The notes under the pieces are model-generated. The model was not told where the DNA came from and ran no database searches. It saw nothing but the letters and a program-made list of their open reading frames with translations. This document shows, in pieces, positions 51,874 through 62,999 of a stretch of DNA of 64,000 nt. How positions within the stretch are numbered: position 1 is the stretch's first letter; every line of letters begins with the position of its first letter. Source of the stretch: Tubulanus polymorphus (taxonomy: Eukaryota; Animalia; Nemertea); assembly GCF_964204645.1 (NCBI RefSeq), contig NC_134033.1:8502655-8566654 (forward strand). The letters are read 5' to 3'. A program made the position numbers and the translations under genes.

Positions 51874-52067
51874 AGTGCACACGGTGCTAGATTTGGTTCC
51901 TCATACACCGACAAGACGGCAACTTGTGGTCGAGTAGTGTGTGACGTAAAAATCTCTGCGAAAGAACTGATTCGTTGCCGGGCGTATGACCTCACTGAAT
52001 TAAGCAATCATATTCTTCATGAGCGACGAAATGAAATTGATGTTGATGAAATCAAACAGATGTATAA
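51874..52067 (+). CDS. POLA1: POLA1 coding exon
   Basis: ttcag|AGT...TAT AA|gtgagt; ATCGRVVCDVKISAKELIRCRAYDLTEL. Confidence 0.97.
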
Positions 52068-52562
52068 GTGAGTATTTACGATGGAAATCGGGAAGGGGGA
52101 ATTCCTGGTATAAAAGATACCATACACATTTAGATTTTGGAGGCATCTTGAACCTTGAATTTCTATTAACTCTGTGCTTTATAGGTAGTTGTAAGTGTAG
52201 CATATTCTCTGCAACTGTATCATCTTATGACTTTAGACACATAATGCAAGAGGGCCTCCCCTAGCATTTGATAGCATGCTTATCCTTAACTGGTGGTGCT
52301 GATATCTTAACAAAGGATCTATGAGCAAATGGGAACCCCAACTCCTGAAAAATCTGGTAGGCACCACAGTGATCTTGGGCTTTTGCACAGTGCCCTCACA
52401 GATTAGATTTTCAGTGATATTTTCTCAGTGGGAATTGAGGCTACATGTATTTAGTAAAATTTGAAACAGAAATTTTGTCCTGGCAAAATGCAGTACACCT
52501 GGTATGACGGAATACTTCTTCAATGACTGAATGTGTTAAGCCAGTGTAAAATGGTAGTTAAA

Positions 52563-54703
52563 CAGGGTTCGTAGCGGGTCTTCCAAGTCGGTATTTATTT
52601 GTTTATTTAGAAAAAAAATCATAACCAGTATTTGTCTTGATTTTTATGAAAAAAAACCCAAAAAGTCAGTATCTATTTGTATTTTTCGACATTTTGTGGA
52701 TGGATGGATTCTGTGAAATTGTGGTCAATTTAATACCACGTCGCTAATACATTTGTATATACGCACGTCGGTTTGGTTGCAGTACTGTATGGCTCTGTGG
52801 CAGTAATCACCTTAGTGAGTCTATATATAGCACAGTGACTGGCGATGTATTAGTGTGTACACAGTGCTCTCACACGGCAGGCGCGTGTATTGTCAGCCTC
52901 ATTCATCGTCAATTAAGACAAACTAATTGACAAAGTGAGTGAATTAAAATCTCCTGATGAAGGACCTCTGCTTATTGGGCGAAGCTTTATGAAATCCATG
53001 TATTTTAGGCTAAAAAACTGCGCTCGGCTTATTGGCCAAGTCGGCTTAATGGCTAAAAAATTTGGTTGGTTGTGTTGTCATGAATGCTGGCTCGTACGTA
53101 GCCTCTCTTTTGGGTGGGTGCGAATTTAGAGACGGTGGTACTTATTTCATTTTGCGGTGGTTACTGTGAGCGCCGTCAGTGCTTCATCTAGCATTAAAAA
53201 AGGGCAGGGTGCGGATTTCAAATAAGGGCATTTTTGTGCGTGATTCCATCGGAGCAAGGGCACATAATAACGCACTCACGTCTGTTTTAGGGGCAAACTG
53301 CAATGTTCCCTATTGCATAGAATCGAGGTACCCCTACTACGATTGAGGACTAGAAACTACGTTTAACTCTGATTTTGCCATGAGTGACACACTTGACCAT
53401 AGTACATCCTTACACCTATGCCTGTCAATGAACAAAAGTTAATCTAGATAGGGCTTTCAAAATGATTTGGAAAACCAGTTGCAGACAAAAAAATTGCAGA
53501 AAAAAGCCATCTCAAGTAGGAAATACAGCGAAAAAGAGCCAACAATAGTGTATAGGCCTACATGAAATTGCATATTTTTAATCTTAGAAATATCAAATTA
53601 ATTGTGATAGTGATTGGCAAGTAACTGTTGATAATTGGTAAGCAGCCAGCTTCAGAACACATTATTGCTATTAGGCTACTCAAACTAATTGTCTGTGCGA
53701 GTCTCTCTGTGAGTTCACCGAACAAAGTTTTTCACCTTGTATATATAAAATTTGTCTAATAGTCTAGATAAAATGATCCAGAGCGTCACGATGTGTTCAA
53801 AATGAAACAATCCATCGAATATACACTACCAGCTTTACAACGGCAGTCGCTAGAATGATTGGCAGTAGTTTGGAAGTCAGCCAATTTCCTGGAAACTTAA
53901 ACTAGGCCACGCGTCTGAGGCACGTTTTCACACGATGCACACTGACTGCAGTACATTTGAATATAACCACTGATCACATGAGCTACTATCGTTGATATCA
54001 TACGAGATATTTCATAGCCGTCGCAGGAAACTTACTAACAGTCGGATGCGTCGGCTTATTTTGAAAGCCCTGACTCATTACTCGTGACTGACAAGGGCAG
54101 GTTGGCGGACCTACGGCAAGTGATGAGGGCACAAGGGCGAGCATGGGACACATCTGAAGGGCACAAGGGCGGCTATTTTCGGGGGCGGGGCGGAACGCCC
54201 TTCTATTTTTGGCTAGATGAAGCACTGGCCGTAGGTGCGAAGCTTCTTTACGGTGGTTTAGGGGGCCTCCCCTAAGACAATTTTGAAAATAGAAATGCAT
54301 GTTTGTTCAAATTTTAGTGAATATTTCATACAAAAATGTCACTGAAAAAATGTAATTAATTCCGAAACATTTTCAGAATAAGTTTTCATTAGGTCTGATA
54401 ATCCAACAACATACACTGGTGTCTCATCGTTTATGGAGACTTGCAAATTTTTGATAACAGTGTCTATATCTATATCATAGTTATATGTATGTGAGCAAGA
54501 AATTTTCTTTGACAAAAAATAGTGAAACTCAAAATTTTGTAGGGAGGGGGGTGCTTCCCATGGGTACCGGCCTGTGTAGACTCAAGTTTTGGCGTGACAG
54601 TTGTTGATGGTTTGCGCATTTGATTAAAAATGTATTGATTTTCACTTTTCAAAGGTGATGATAAGTCTTGATTTTGACCAAGGCCTGACAACTATGAACC
54701 CTG
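52563..54703. mobile_element. hAT-like element with 5-bp TSD and nested repeats
   Basis: CAGGGTTCGTAG ... CTATGAACCCTG, flanked by TTAAA. Confidence 0.62.
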
Positions 54704-54742
54704 TTAAAAATTAAGTGCTTTTCTGAATTTTGAATTATCTAA

Positions 54743-55367
54743 AGGCTGACTTAAAATGGAGGTCCAAAAATGCACCGGATAGTACTTGAGATTTGCAGCA
54801 CAGGTCACATCCCACTATAAGCTAGGAAGCGGTAGTTTGTTTATAATGTTTACGGGAACACATCTGGCTCACACCAGTATCACACAGTATCACAGTGACA
54901 AATAAATTCGATTTTGATGAAATTTTCACTCATTGTTACTGATAAGGAGTTAAGATGATATTTTTCAGTTTTGTACAACTTTCAGGTAAAGAGTTTTCTA
55001 ACCCTAAAATTTGCTAGAGAGCTGCAACTGTTTTGTTTATATAGGTTTATGACTATAGGTCACTGTGCTCTATGTGATGAGGTGGATAACTCTTCCCAGC
55101 TTGTCATTGATTGAAAATTTGAAGAATGCACTAAGTAAATTGCAAACTTATGCGTAAAGGAGGGCTTAAACTCAATTTAAAGCCATAGATATGCGTATAT
55201 TACATGCTTACACATATCCCTGACAAAAAGGAGGGTCCAAATCGGTTAACTGACAGAGATATCTGGGAAATACCAGTTTCAACCGCTGGAATTCTTGACT
55301 GCTCCATGGGTTCAGAGATACTGCCATGTCTGACAGATGATGGGCCTTGTATACTCAAAGTCGGCCT
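54743..55367. mobile_element. Kolobok-type MITE
   Basis: (C)TAA|AGGCTGACTT ... AAGTCGGCCT|TTAA. Confidence 0.5.
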
Positions 55368-55428
55368 TTAACCTTTTCATGAAACCCTGCCTAACATGCG
55401 CCTTGTATTTGTTATTATAATGTTACAG

Positions 55429-55558
55429 TTCTAGTCAACAGTTGTTACGATTGGTTGAATTGAATTTGATGGACGCTACATTTATTCTGCGGATTCTATA
55501 TGAATTGAATGTGCTTCCTCTGGCGCTACAAATAACCAATATTTGTGGCAATGTTATG
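55429..55558 (+). CDS. POLA1: POLA1 coding exon
   Basis: tacag|T TCT...ATG|gtatgt; [19 protein letters not shown]. Confidence 0.97.
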
Positions 55559-56116
55559 GTATGTATGTAATAAATAATTTAAATTTATTTGTCACCCCCC
55601 AACTCGGTAGGCACCAATTACACATTGTATGCAGCAGTGTTTTCATTAATAGCCGGGTGTTGGGTCGCGGACCCATCCGTTTGTCCCTTTAGACCCAGCT
55701 GATTTTTTCAACCTGACATCGTTCCCGACCGGCTTTTGTCAGCTCTCAACATGAATGCGTATTTCGTCATTTTGCCGGTCTGGTCAAAGATTTGTGAATG
55801 TATGTATGTACATATATATGTGCTTCACACACGGTCACTCAGAATGCTGCAGTGTGGTTTGACTATACTCACTATTGCTAGCTAGTTGTAGCTTATGACA
55901 TGTATGATTGTCTTTGCATTTCTGATTGCTTGAACCTTAAATCATCAGAAATCAAAATTTCCTCATTTCGGAAGGACATTTTTAAGGATTTCCATGTGGA
56001 GGAAATTCAAATTGGTTTCCCTGTTTTGAGAAAGTTCACACTTCTGTGATTGATTCTTTTTGATTTTTTTAGCGAGAAGAAATTGTTTAAAATCTTAACA
56101 TTGCATCTTATTTTAG

Positions 56117-56230
56117 TCACGAACCCTGATGGGTGGACGGTCGGAACGAAATGAATTTCTATTGCTACATGCATTTACTGAGAAAAACTTCATCGTTCCT
56201 GATAAAGAATACAAGAAAAAAACACCCCAG
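56117..56230 (+). CDS. POLA1: POLA1 coding exon
   Basis: tttag|TCA...CAG|gtaact; [30 protein letters not shown]. Confidence 0.98.
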
Positions 56231-57182
56231 GTAACTGAGTAACTAAGTTCCCTTAAGGAGGACCTAAAAGCTAGCTGTAATTCAAGAGTTCTATGATTCT
56301 GTAGCGAGTTTCCCATATGTGAGTAAACATTAACAATGCAATGAGTTAACGTATTAGCACTCTGGAATTGCACTATCCCTTAAAAAAGATTTGGAGCAAA
56401 ATCCGCATTTATTATTGTTCTTAATAGCCTCATTTACAGTTGAATTTCATGCGTCACAAGTTCCATGTTATCTTATAGAAAACACACAGGGTTTTTCAAA
56501 TAATATAAGGTTTAATTAGACAGGCATTTGAAAATTGTGACCTTTTGGCCTCTGAAATTTATCCCCACCTGTTCAAAAAGGTACTTCCAAAATATGACAA
56601 AAATTTATTTTCCAGCTCCTTCAAATATTAGTTTGTATTTGACCTGATATCCCAAATAAATGGTCAATAATTTCAAAAAGAACGATGTTGTTTTCAGTAA
56701 TAAATTTTGGCGGGATGGTTGTCTAATTTATCCTAAGCTTATGCTGGGTTGGAATCCAACTATGTCTGTTATGGTATAGAAGAGATGGAAAATTCAGGGC
56801 AGATTCCGGTGGCTCTTGGGCTAAAATAAGTTAAACAATTGGATTCAATTCACCTAATCAAGTATAGAATAAAAGTTGTCTAATCAAATCATATTTTATG
56901 TACGCATATACGTAGTAGCAATTGTAATTAGTTAAGATTAGTCTCATTCTAGGCTAACTCAAAAAAAGAATCCACAATTTAGCGATATTAATTAGGATAA
57001 GCGATTTACCTAAACGTCAATGAAACAAGATGTATATAGTTGTTAAAAAATCGCTATTTTGGGTTCTTAAATGATAGATGCACATGCAGTAGTATTGACA
57101 GCAGAACAAAATGTACATATCACATAGTTAACGGAATATAAACCCCAAACCTTTTCTTTGATTCATAATATCTTCTCCTTAG

Positions 57183-57300
57183 ACGAACAATGTAAAAGAT
57201 GAAGACGAAGATGCAGAAACAACTGGTATCAGGAAGAAAAATGCTCCATCTCGTAAGAAACCATCATACGCTGGTGGCCTTGTGCTTGAACCTAAAAAAG
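57183..57300 (+). CDS. POLA1: POLA1 coding exon
   Basis: cttag|ACG...AAA G|gtgaaa; RKKPSYAGGLVLEPKK. Confidence 0.97.
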
Positions 57301-58513
57301 GTGAAATTTACCAACCAAATAAATAACGGCCAATCCCTATTTAAATATCAAAAGAAAGGAAAACAGCGATAGGGTTTGGGGTTTACACTTGTCAGGTTTC
57401 ACTTGTCTTTGTATATTTGCAATTGTGGTCAGGTTAAGCGTCCATTGCCTGTTTTACGCGTTGACGATGCGTACTGCTTTCCAATTTACTGACCTCTTTA
57501 CACATGGCCGACTTATGACTTACTTTTGACATTGGGAACTTTCCTTGTACTCGAAAACTCAAACTGTTTGAGATAATTCCACGAAATTTTTATGGTATAT
57601 GCTTGATAGTATGGTGGCAAACTCTTTTGGGGAATCTACGATTCATGATGGCTGAATTAGGACCTATTTTTGACACGTGATGACACAAAAATCATTTGAA
57701 GACATTTCATGAAATCTATATGAGACATGAATGATAATATCATGTGAAACCGTACTGTTTTGGGGACTTCTCCGATTCAAGATGGCCGACACCATCTACT
57801 TTTTACTCAGGAACTTTCCGTATAAACGATAACTCGAAAACCGTTTGAGATGAAATCATGAAATTTTTATGGTATGTGTAAGATAATATGAAAAGAAGCT
57901 ATATTGTTCTCGGAACTTCTCCAATTCAACATGGCCGACTTATGACATACTTTCTCGTCAAAATGGCTTTTTTGAACTTCTTATTGATATGCTGTCTTCT
58001 GTACTTATTGCAGATGCTCCATCTGTTTCTTCACTCCCCTGGGATTTTGTGATTAAAGCTGTGTATGAGCGTGCATTTTGACACAACTACATGTATATTT
58101 ATTTTCTTCTTTGGTCAATAGTACAGAAATCAGGAAGTTGTGTGCGTGAACCCAGCATAGCTACCGGTAACTGGTGCATGTGGCAAATCACTTTACTGCC
58201 TTATTGCCAACAATGATGTGTATGCAACTACTTATTCACACAGTTCATTTACAATGGTCCCACTTTTCATTTGACTTACTGCGCCTGAGATATAAGATTT
58301 CTTGTTTGTTTGATGTATGTAAAGATGTGGGAAAGATGTTATTGATGATCTTTCTTTACTGATGGTATTTACTGATCAATTTCTGTCATATTTCAATGAT
58401 GAAGTTGAAATATGTAAGGTGTTACTGAGAGTTTTCTCCCTTAAACGACTATGTATTTGTTTTTTTCTAGTGGCCAGTCATATAAATTAAAGTTTCTTTT
58501 GTTGAAATTTCAG

Positions 58514-58629
58514 GTTTTTATGATAAGTTCATTTTGTTATTGGATTTCAACAGTTTGTACCCATCAATAATACAGGAGTATAACATCTGCTTTACGACAA
58601 TCACCAGTACTGAAAACAAAATGACACAG
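58514..58629 (+). CDS. POLA1: POLA1 coding exon (B-family polymerase region II / motif A)
   Basis: ttcag|GT TTT...CAG|gtatat; [28 protein letters not shown]. Confidence 0.98.
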
Positions 58630-59322
58630 GTATATATGTATGAGAAGAAAATCGACATTACAATAAAATGGCTGCCTCTTCAATTTAAAAGAGAAAAATT
58701 TTTTCTTGATATTTCCATCTTAATTTTCGATTAAATTTTTTGCAAAAGGTTACTTTTCTTCCATCGTTTGAATTCAATCCAATACAGTCCCTTTTTGATT
58801 GGTCTGTGATCATAATAATTAATATTATATTTTTCCCCAAACACCATTCATTTTTGCTGGTAAAACCTGTACTTTAAACTAAAAAGACATTAGTCACGTG
58901 TGGGCATATGGTCACTGGCTTGAAATTTGCAAATTTCTTAAAATGTTGCTGCAGTTGACAGTGAATTTGGCATAACATGGGCTGTGAATGGCAATGGCAC
59001 AATAAACCCTGTTAATGCTGTTTTGAATGGATGAAGCGAGGAAATATTGCCGTAAAAAGGTTTTTCTTGAGGGTAAAAGCCTTGAAAGTGTTTCAGAACC
59101 GATCTGCGATTCTGCGATAATTAACAAATACACATGGAACAAATAATAGTTATTTGATAATGATAAGATTTTTTGTTTCATACATCCGCTCTTCACGGAT
59201 GTATTTAGCGAATGGTGACCCGTAAATATATAAATCCGCATTAATTGATTACTGATAGAAATACTTCTGGGGGCCAAAAGTCAAAACACTTCCGGCATCG
59301 GATATCCTTATCAACCCTAGCC

Positions 59323-62300
59323 ATATTTCCGTCGAGTACTGTACCCTTTCCTATGGTTTTTGCCAATATTTTCTAAATTTGGATTGATCGCCAATGGTTT
59401 TTCTATACAACCCGGCCCTGCGGTATTGCATTTAGCCACCGGCGAAATCCGTCATCTTTTTTCTTGGCTTTCTCGCAGTAGAATGCGTTCGATTTTTTCG
59501 CCGTAAAAATCTGGGAATTAGGATATTAGGGAGTTTTCACTCTCATAACGGTGAGTCCGTTCGGTTTGGGGGTTATCCCTGGTTTCTTTTTTTCCGTAAG
59601 AATTTTATTTACAAAATATAATTTGATTGAATTGAATAAAATTTATTGTTGTGACAGGATAATTAAGCCACCCCCTCCTAAGGGTCAACATCGTGGCGGG
59701 GAGGGTTGCGGGCATTAGTTTGGCGCCTGGGACAACCACGATTCGTGTGCGTCGTGCAGGCGCAAATCCGGTCAAATATGTGCAAGGAGCAATCCTTGCA
59801 AGATATGCGAGGTGTGGTCCGAGGACCTTTGGCTTCGGGCCGATAAGGCTCTTAATCTAAGAGATCGTCGTCGAGTTAATAGCAGGGATTCGTCGGTTTC
59901 GGCCAACGTGCCAACCGACGTCTCTAATCCTGTGTCTAATCGTATAGCGGAGCGGTCGCCAGTCGTTCTGGTACGATCGGCTTCCCAACTCCGTTCACCG
60001 GGGAGGAACGCTGGTTCACCGGCACCGGTCTCCGGTCATTCACCGGTCTCTGGTCGTTCACCGGTTCGGCCGGTTCAGACTACATGTTCTGAACCGAGCG
60101 CGCGCCCCGGTAGTCGGTACCGGTCCGGTCCGGGTCGGGCATCGGTCTGGTTCGGGCACCGGTCCGGTCCAAAACATCCGGTACATTCATCGTCGGATTC
60201 TGATGCCGCTCCGGGGATAGAGCTCGCTCTCCCACTAGATCTAGACGCCATGAGCGTAATAAACAAGCAAGATCTCGCTGATCAAGGTTTGATTGCGAGA
60301 GGGACTATGATCGTTACTGTAGGAAGTTTCGCCGTCGGTCTTCTCATCTTTAGTCAACGTCGGTTAGCGATGAACCTCCGCGTACCTCCAACCGATCTAA
60401 GTCCGGATCTTCAGTGGTGGGCGGCAACTACAAATCTTCGGCTCGGGGTGTCACTAGCCCCATTAGAGGCACCAGTTCGTGTATTCGCGGATGCCAGTCA
60501 CCAAGGATGGGGGGCACATCTGGAGAACCGATTCAAAGCTGGGAGATGGTCTCGCTACGAGGCCACCAACCACATAAATTTCCTAGAAATGCTGGCCGTG
60601 TGGAAGGCCCTGAAGTTTTTTCACAGGAGAGTGGAGGGCCACCACGTTTGGTTAGCCACAGACAATTCAACAGTGAGGGCTTACCTTCAGAACCAAGGGG
60701 GCACTCACTCAGAAACCCTCACAGGTCTGTCGGCCAAAATTCTTCTTTGGTGCCAGACAAAGGGCGTGTTCCTGACTGTAGCACATTGAGCAGGGAAATG
60801 GAACGTTCGGGGCATGTTTGGCAATCCGCTGCTGGATCTGTTTGCCACGGGGTTCAATCGGAGGTGTCCTCTGTTTGTGTCCCCGTTTCCAGACGCGGAA
60901 GCATGGGGGGGTCGATGCCTTCTCTCTGGACTGGTCGGGGATGCATGCGTATGCGTTCCCGCCCACACCAGTCCTGCCGCGCTTGCTGGATCAAATAGAG
61001 AGATCAGTCAATTGCAACATAGTTCTGGTAGCACCATGTTGGCCGGCTCAGAAATGGTTCCTACCACTTCTCAACCTACTGTGCGACAACCCCAGGATTC
61101 TTCCGAATTTCCCATCGCTTCTGTCTCAGGGGAACTTTCGGCATCATCCAAACAGCCAGTAGTTAAATCTGCTCGCCTGGCCATTGTCCAGCGATCCTTG
61201 TCAGCTTCAGGCTTTTCAGAACAGGCTGCCTCCTTTATCGCAGGATCTAAGCGGCCATCAACAAGTACCATTTACGATGCCAAATGGAGTCATTTTGCGG
61301 ATTGGTGTGCTGCAGAGGAAATTGATCCATGCTCACCCTCTGTAGCTCAATGGGCAGATTTTTTACTGCACCTATTTGTAGTAAAAGGTTTGCAGGTCAT
61401 AACTATTAAAGGTTACCGCTCCGCGATTTCTCATACATTGCGTGCTTCTGGATGGCCAAATGTAGCAGGGGATCATCGGATATCCCAGCTTGTTGCAGGG
61501 TTTTCTATTTCCCGGCCTCGGGTACCAAGGACAGTTCCACCATGGGAATTTTGGGCAAAGAACCAACGACCAGGCTCAGTTGGGCGTCAATGGCGAATTG
61601 AAGCCCTAAAACATCGAGTGGAACCGGGCATCCCGGACAGGACTTTATGTCACGATATTTCACAGGACACAGTGGCCCGATGGGTCTCTTCACTGATAAA
61701 GGACATTTTATTGAAGGAGAATTTTTCCTCGGAGGGAGTGGTTTCTCATCAAGTGAGGTCTATGGCTACTTCCCGCGCAGCCTTTTCGGGTGCTCCGTTG
61801 GAGGAAGTCTGTCAGGCCGCCTTTTGGAATTCTCCATCGACATTCACGTCATTTTATTTACGGGATGTTCCAGGCCAGTTAGGCTCATTAGCTTCACTCG
61901 GTCCTGTTGTTATGGCTCAAGGTGTCCGATCGGACCCTTTAGTGTAGAATATTTATGTTGCATTATCAGGATCACAGGGGGTGTATCCTTGTACATAGTT
62001 TGGGCTCATATCTGCATGTATTAATTTCGCAAAATTCTGGGGGGGGGGGGCCCTGAGCTGGACGGACTCACTGTGGCCAACCGGTCTTCCCTGTGCTACA
62101 GTGCTCCATTCCGTGCTTGGGTAAGTGCTCTCTTTTTCCCTCTTACCTTGCGTTTGAGCGGTGGTTTTTCTATCTACCTTTCCCACCATCCTTGTGCTAG
62201 GCTAGTCTAGCAAAAACCATAGGAAAGGGTACAGTACTCGACGGAAATATTACAATTTTTGGAACTAAAATTTGTATTTCCGAGTAGTACTTACCCTTTC

Positions 62301-62525
62301 CTATGGTGGGAATCCCGCCCACCTGCCATGCATAGCTGTTTTTTTTTGGTCTGCTATGACGTAAAAAGATGGCGGATTTCGCCGGTGGCTAAATGCAATA
62401 CCGCAGGGCCGGGTCGTATAGAAAAACCATTGACGATCAATCCAAATTTAGAAAATATTGGCAAAAACCATAGGAAAGGGTAAGTACTACTCGGAAATAC
62501 AAATTTTAGTTCCAAAAATTGTAAT
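59323..62525 (+). mobile_element. DIRS1-type tyrosine-recombinase retrotransposon, internally deleted (non-autonomous)
   Basis: Inverted terminal repeats (59323-~59462 and ~62363-62525) and ICR 62210-62307. Gag Zn-finger (CGH..DNHDSCASCR..C..PCKICEVW); RNase H (DASHQGWG, HINFLEM, TDNSTV); Dam-like domain (DLFAT, YAFPP); YR (STIYDAKW, IKGYRSAI, HQVR, TFTSFYL). RT core absent. Confidence 0.93.
62210..62307. repeat. DIRS internal complementary region (ICR)
   Basis: Exact reverse complement of 59323-59363 joined to the reverse complement of 62467-62523. Confidence 0.92.
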
Positions 62526-62999
62526 TTTAACTGAGAATTACAACAACAACCCATTAAACACTGATTCCAACAAGCTACCTTCAAGAAGCGCTATAAAGAT
62601 AAAAAATCAACACTCACCTGCGATAATAAACAAATACACACGGAACAAATAATAATTATTTGATTATTATAAGGCTGTTTATTTCATACATCCGCTCTTC
62701 ATGGATGTATTCAGCGAATGACCCGGATTTCTGGTTTCATCCCCTGAATAGAAACACAGTGGCGGCACAAGCTGGTCAAGATCAAAGTCCATGTCGTGCA
62801 GAATATTAATTGAAAGTACTCGTCATCACGTACTGCCTGCAGGCGTTAAATGTTGTCCCCGATATTGAGTCTTGTGAGAAAAAGCAACGTTACAAAAATC
62901 TATTGAGATTTATTGTAGAACTTACGAAAACTTATGAATACACTGGATACACTATCCATCAACAGCTACTTACCCAGGAGCTGAAATTTACCGGCAGTC

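Larger units (their letters stand above)
12020..58629 (+). other. POLA1: POLA1 gene span (partial: first exon not located; 3' part lies beyond the window); 21 coding exons traced
   Basis: Manually spliced exons give an uninterrupted ~922-codon frame recognisable as DNA polymerase alpha p180 ([92 protein letters not shown]). All 20 introns between these exons are GT-AG and phase-consistent. Confidence 0.97.

Noticed and set aside
52280-52290. TATCCTTAAC as a U12 intron signal (also 46206)
   Set aside because: All traced POLA1 introns have U2-type donors and these motifs are far from splice sites. The 46206 one is a TTAA|CCC transposon end.
1220-58500. Numerous 60-100 aa ORFs in the six-frame track
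   Set aside because: Most start at non-ATG codons, recur with repeat copies, or are shadows of POLA1 exons. None has a recognisable domain.
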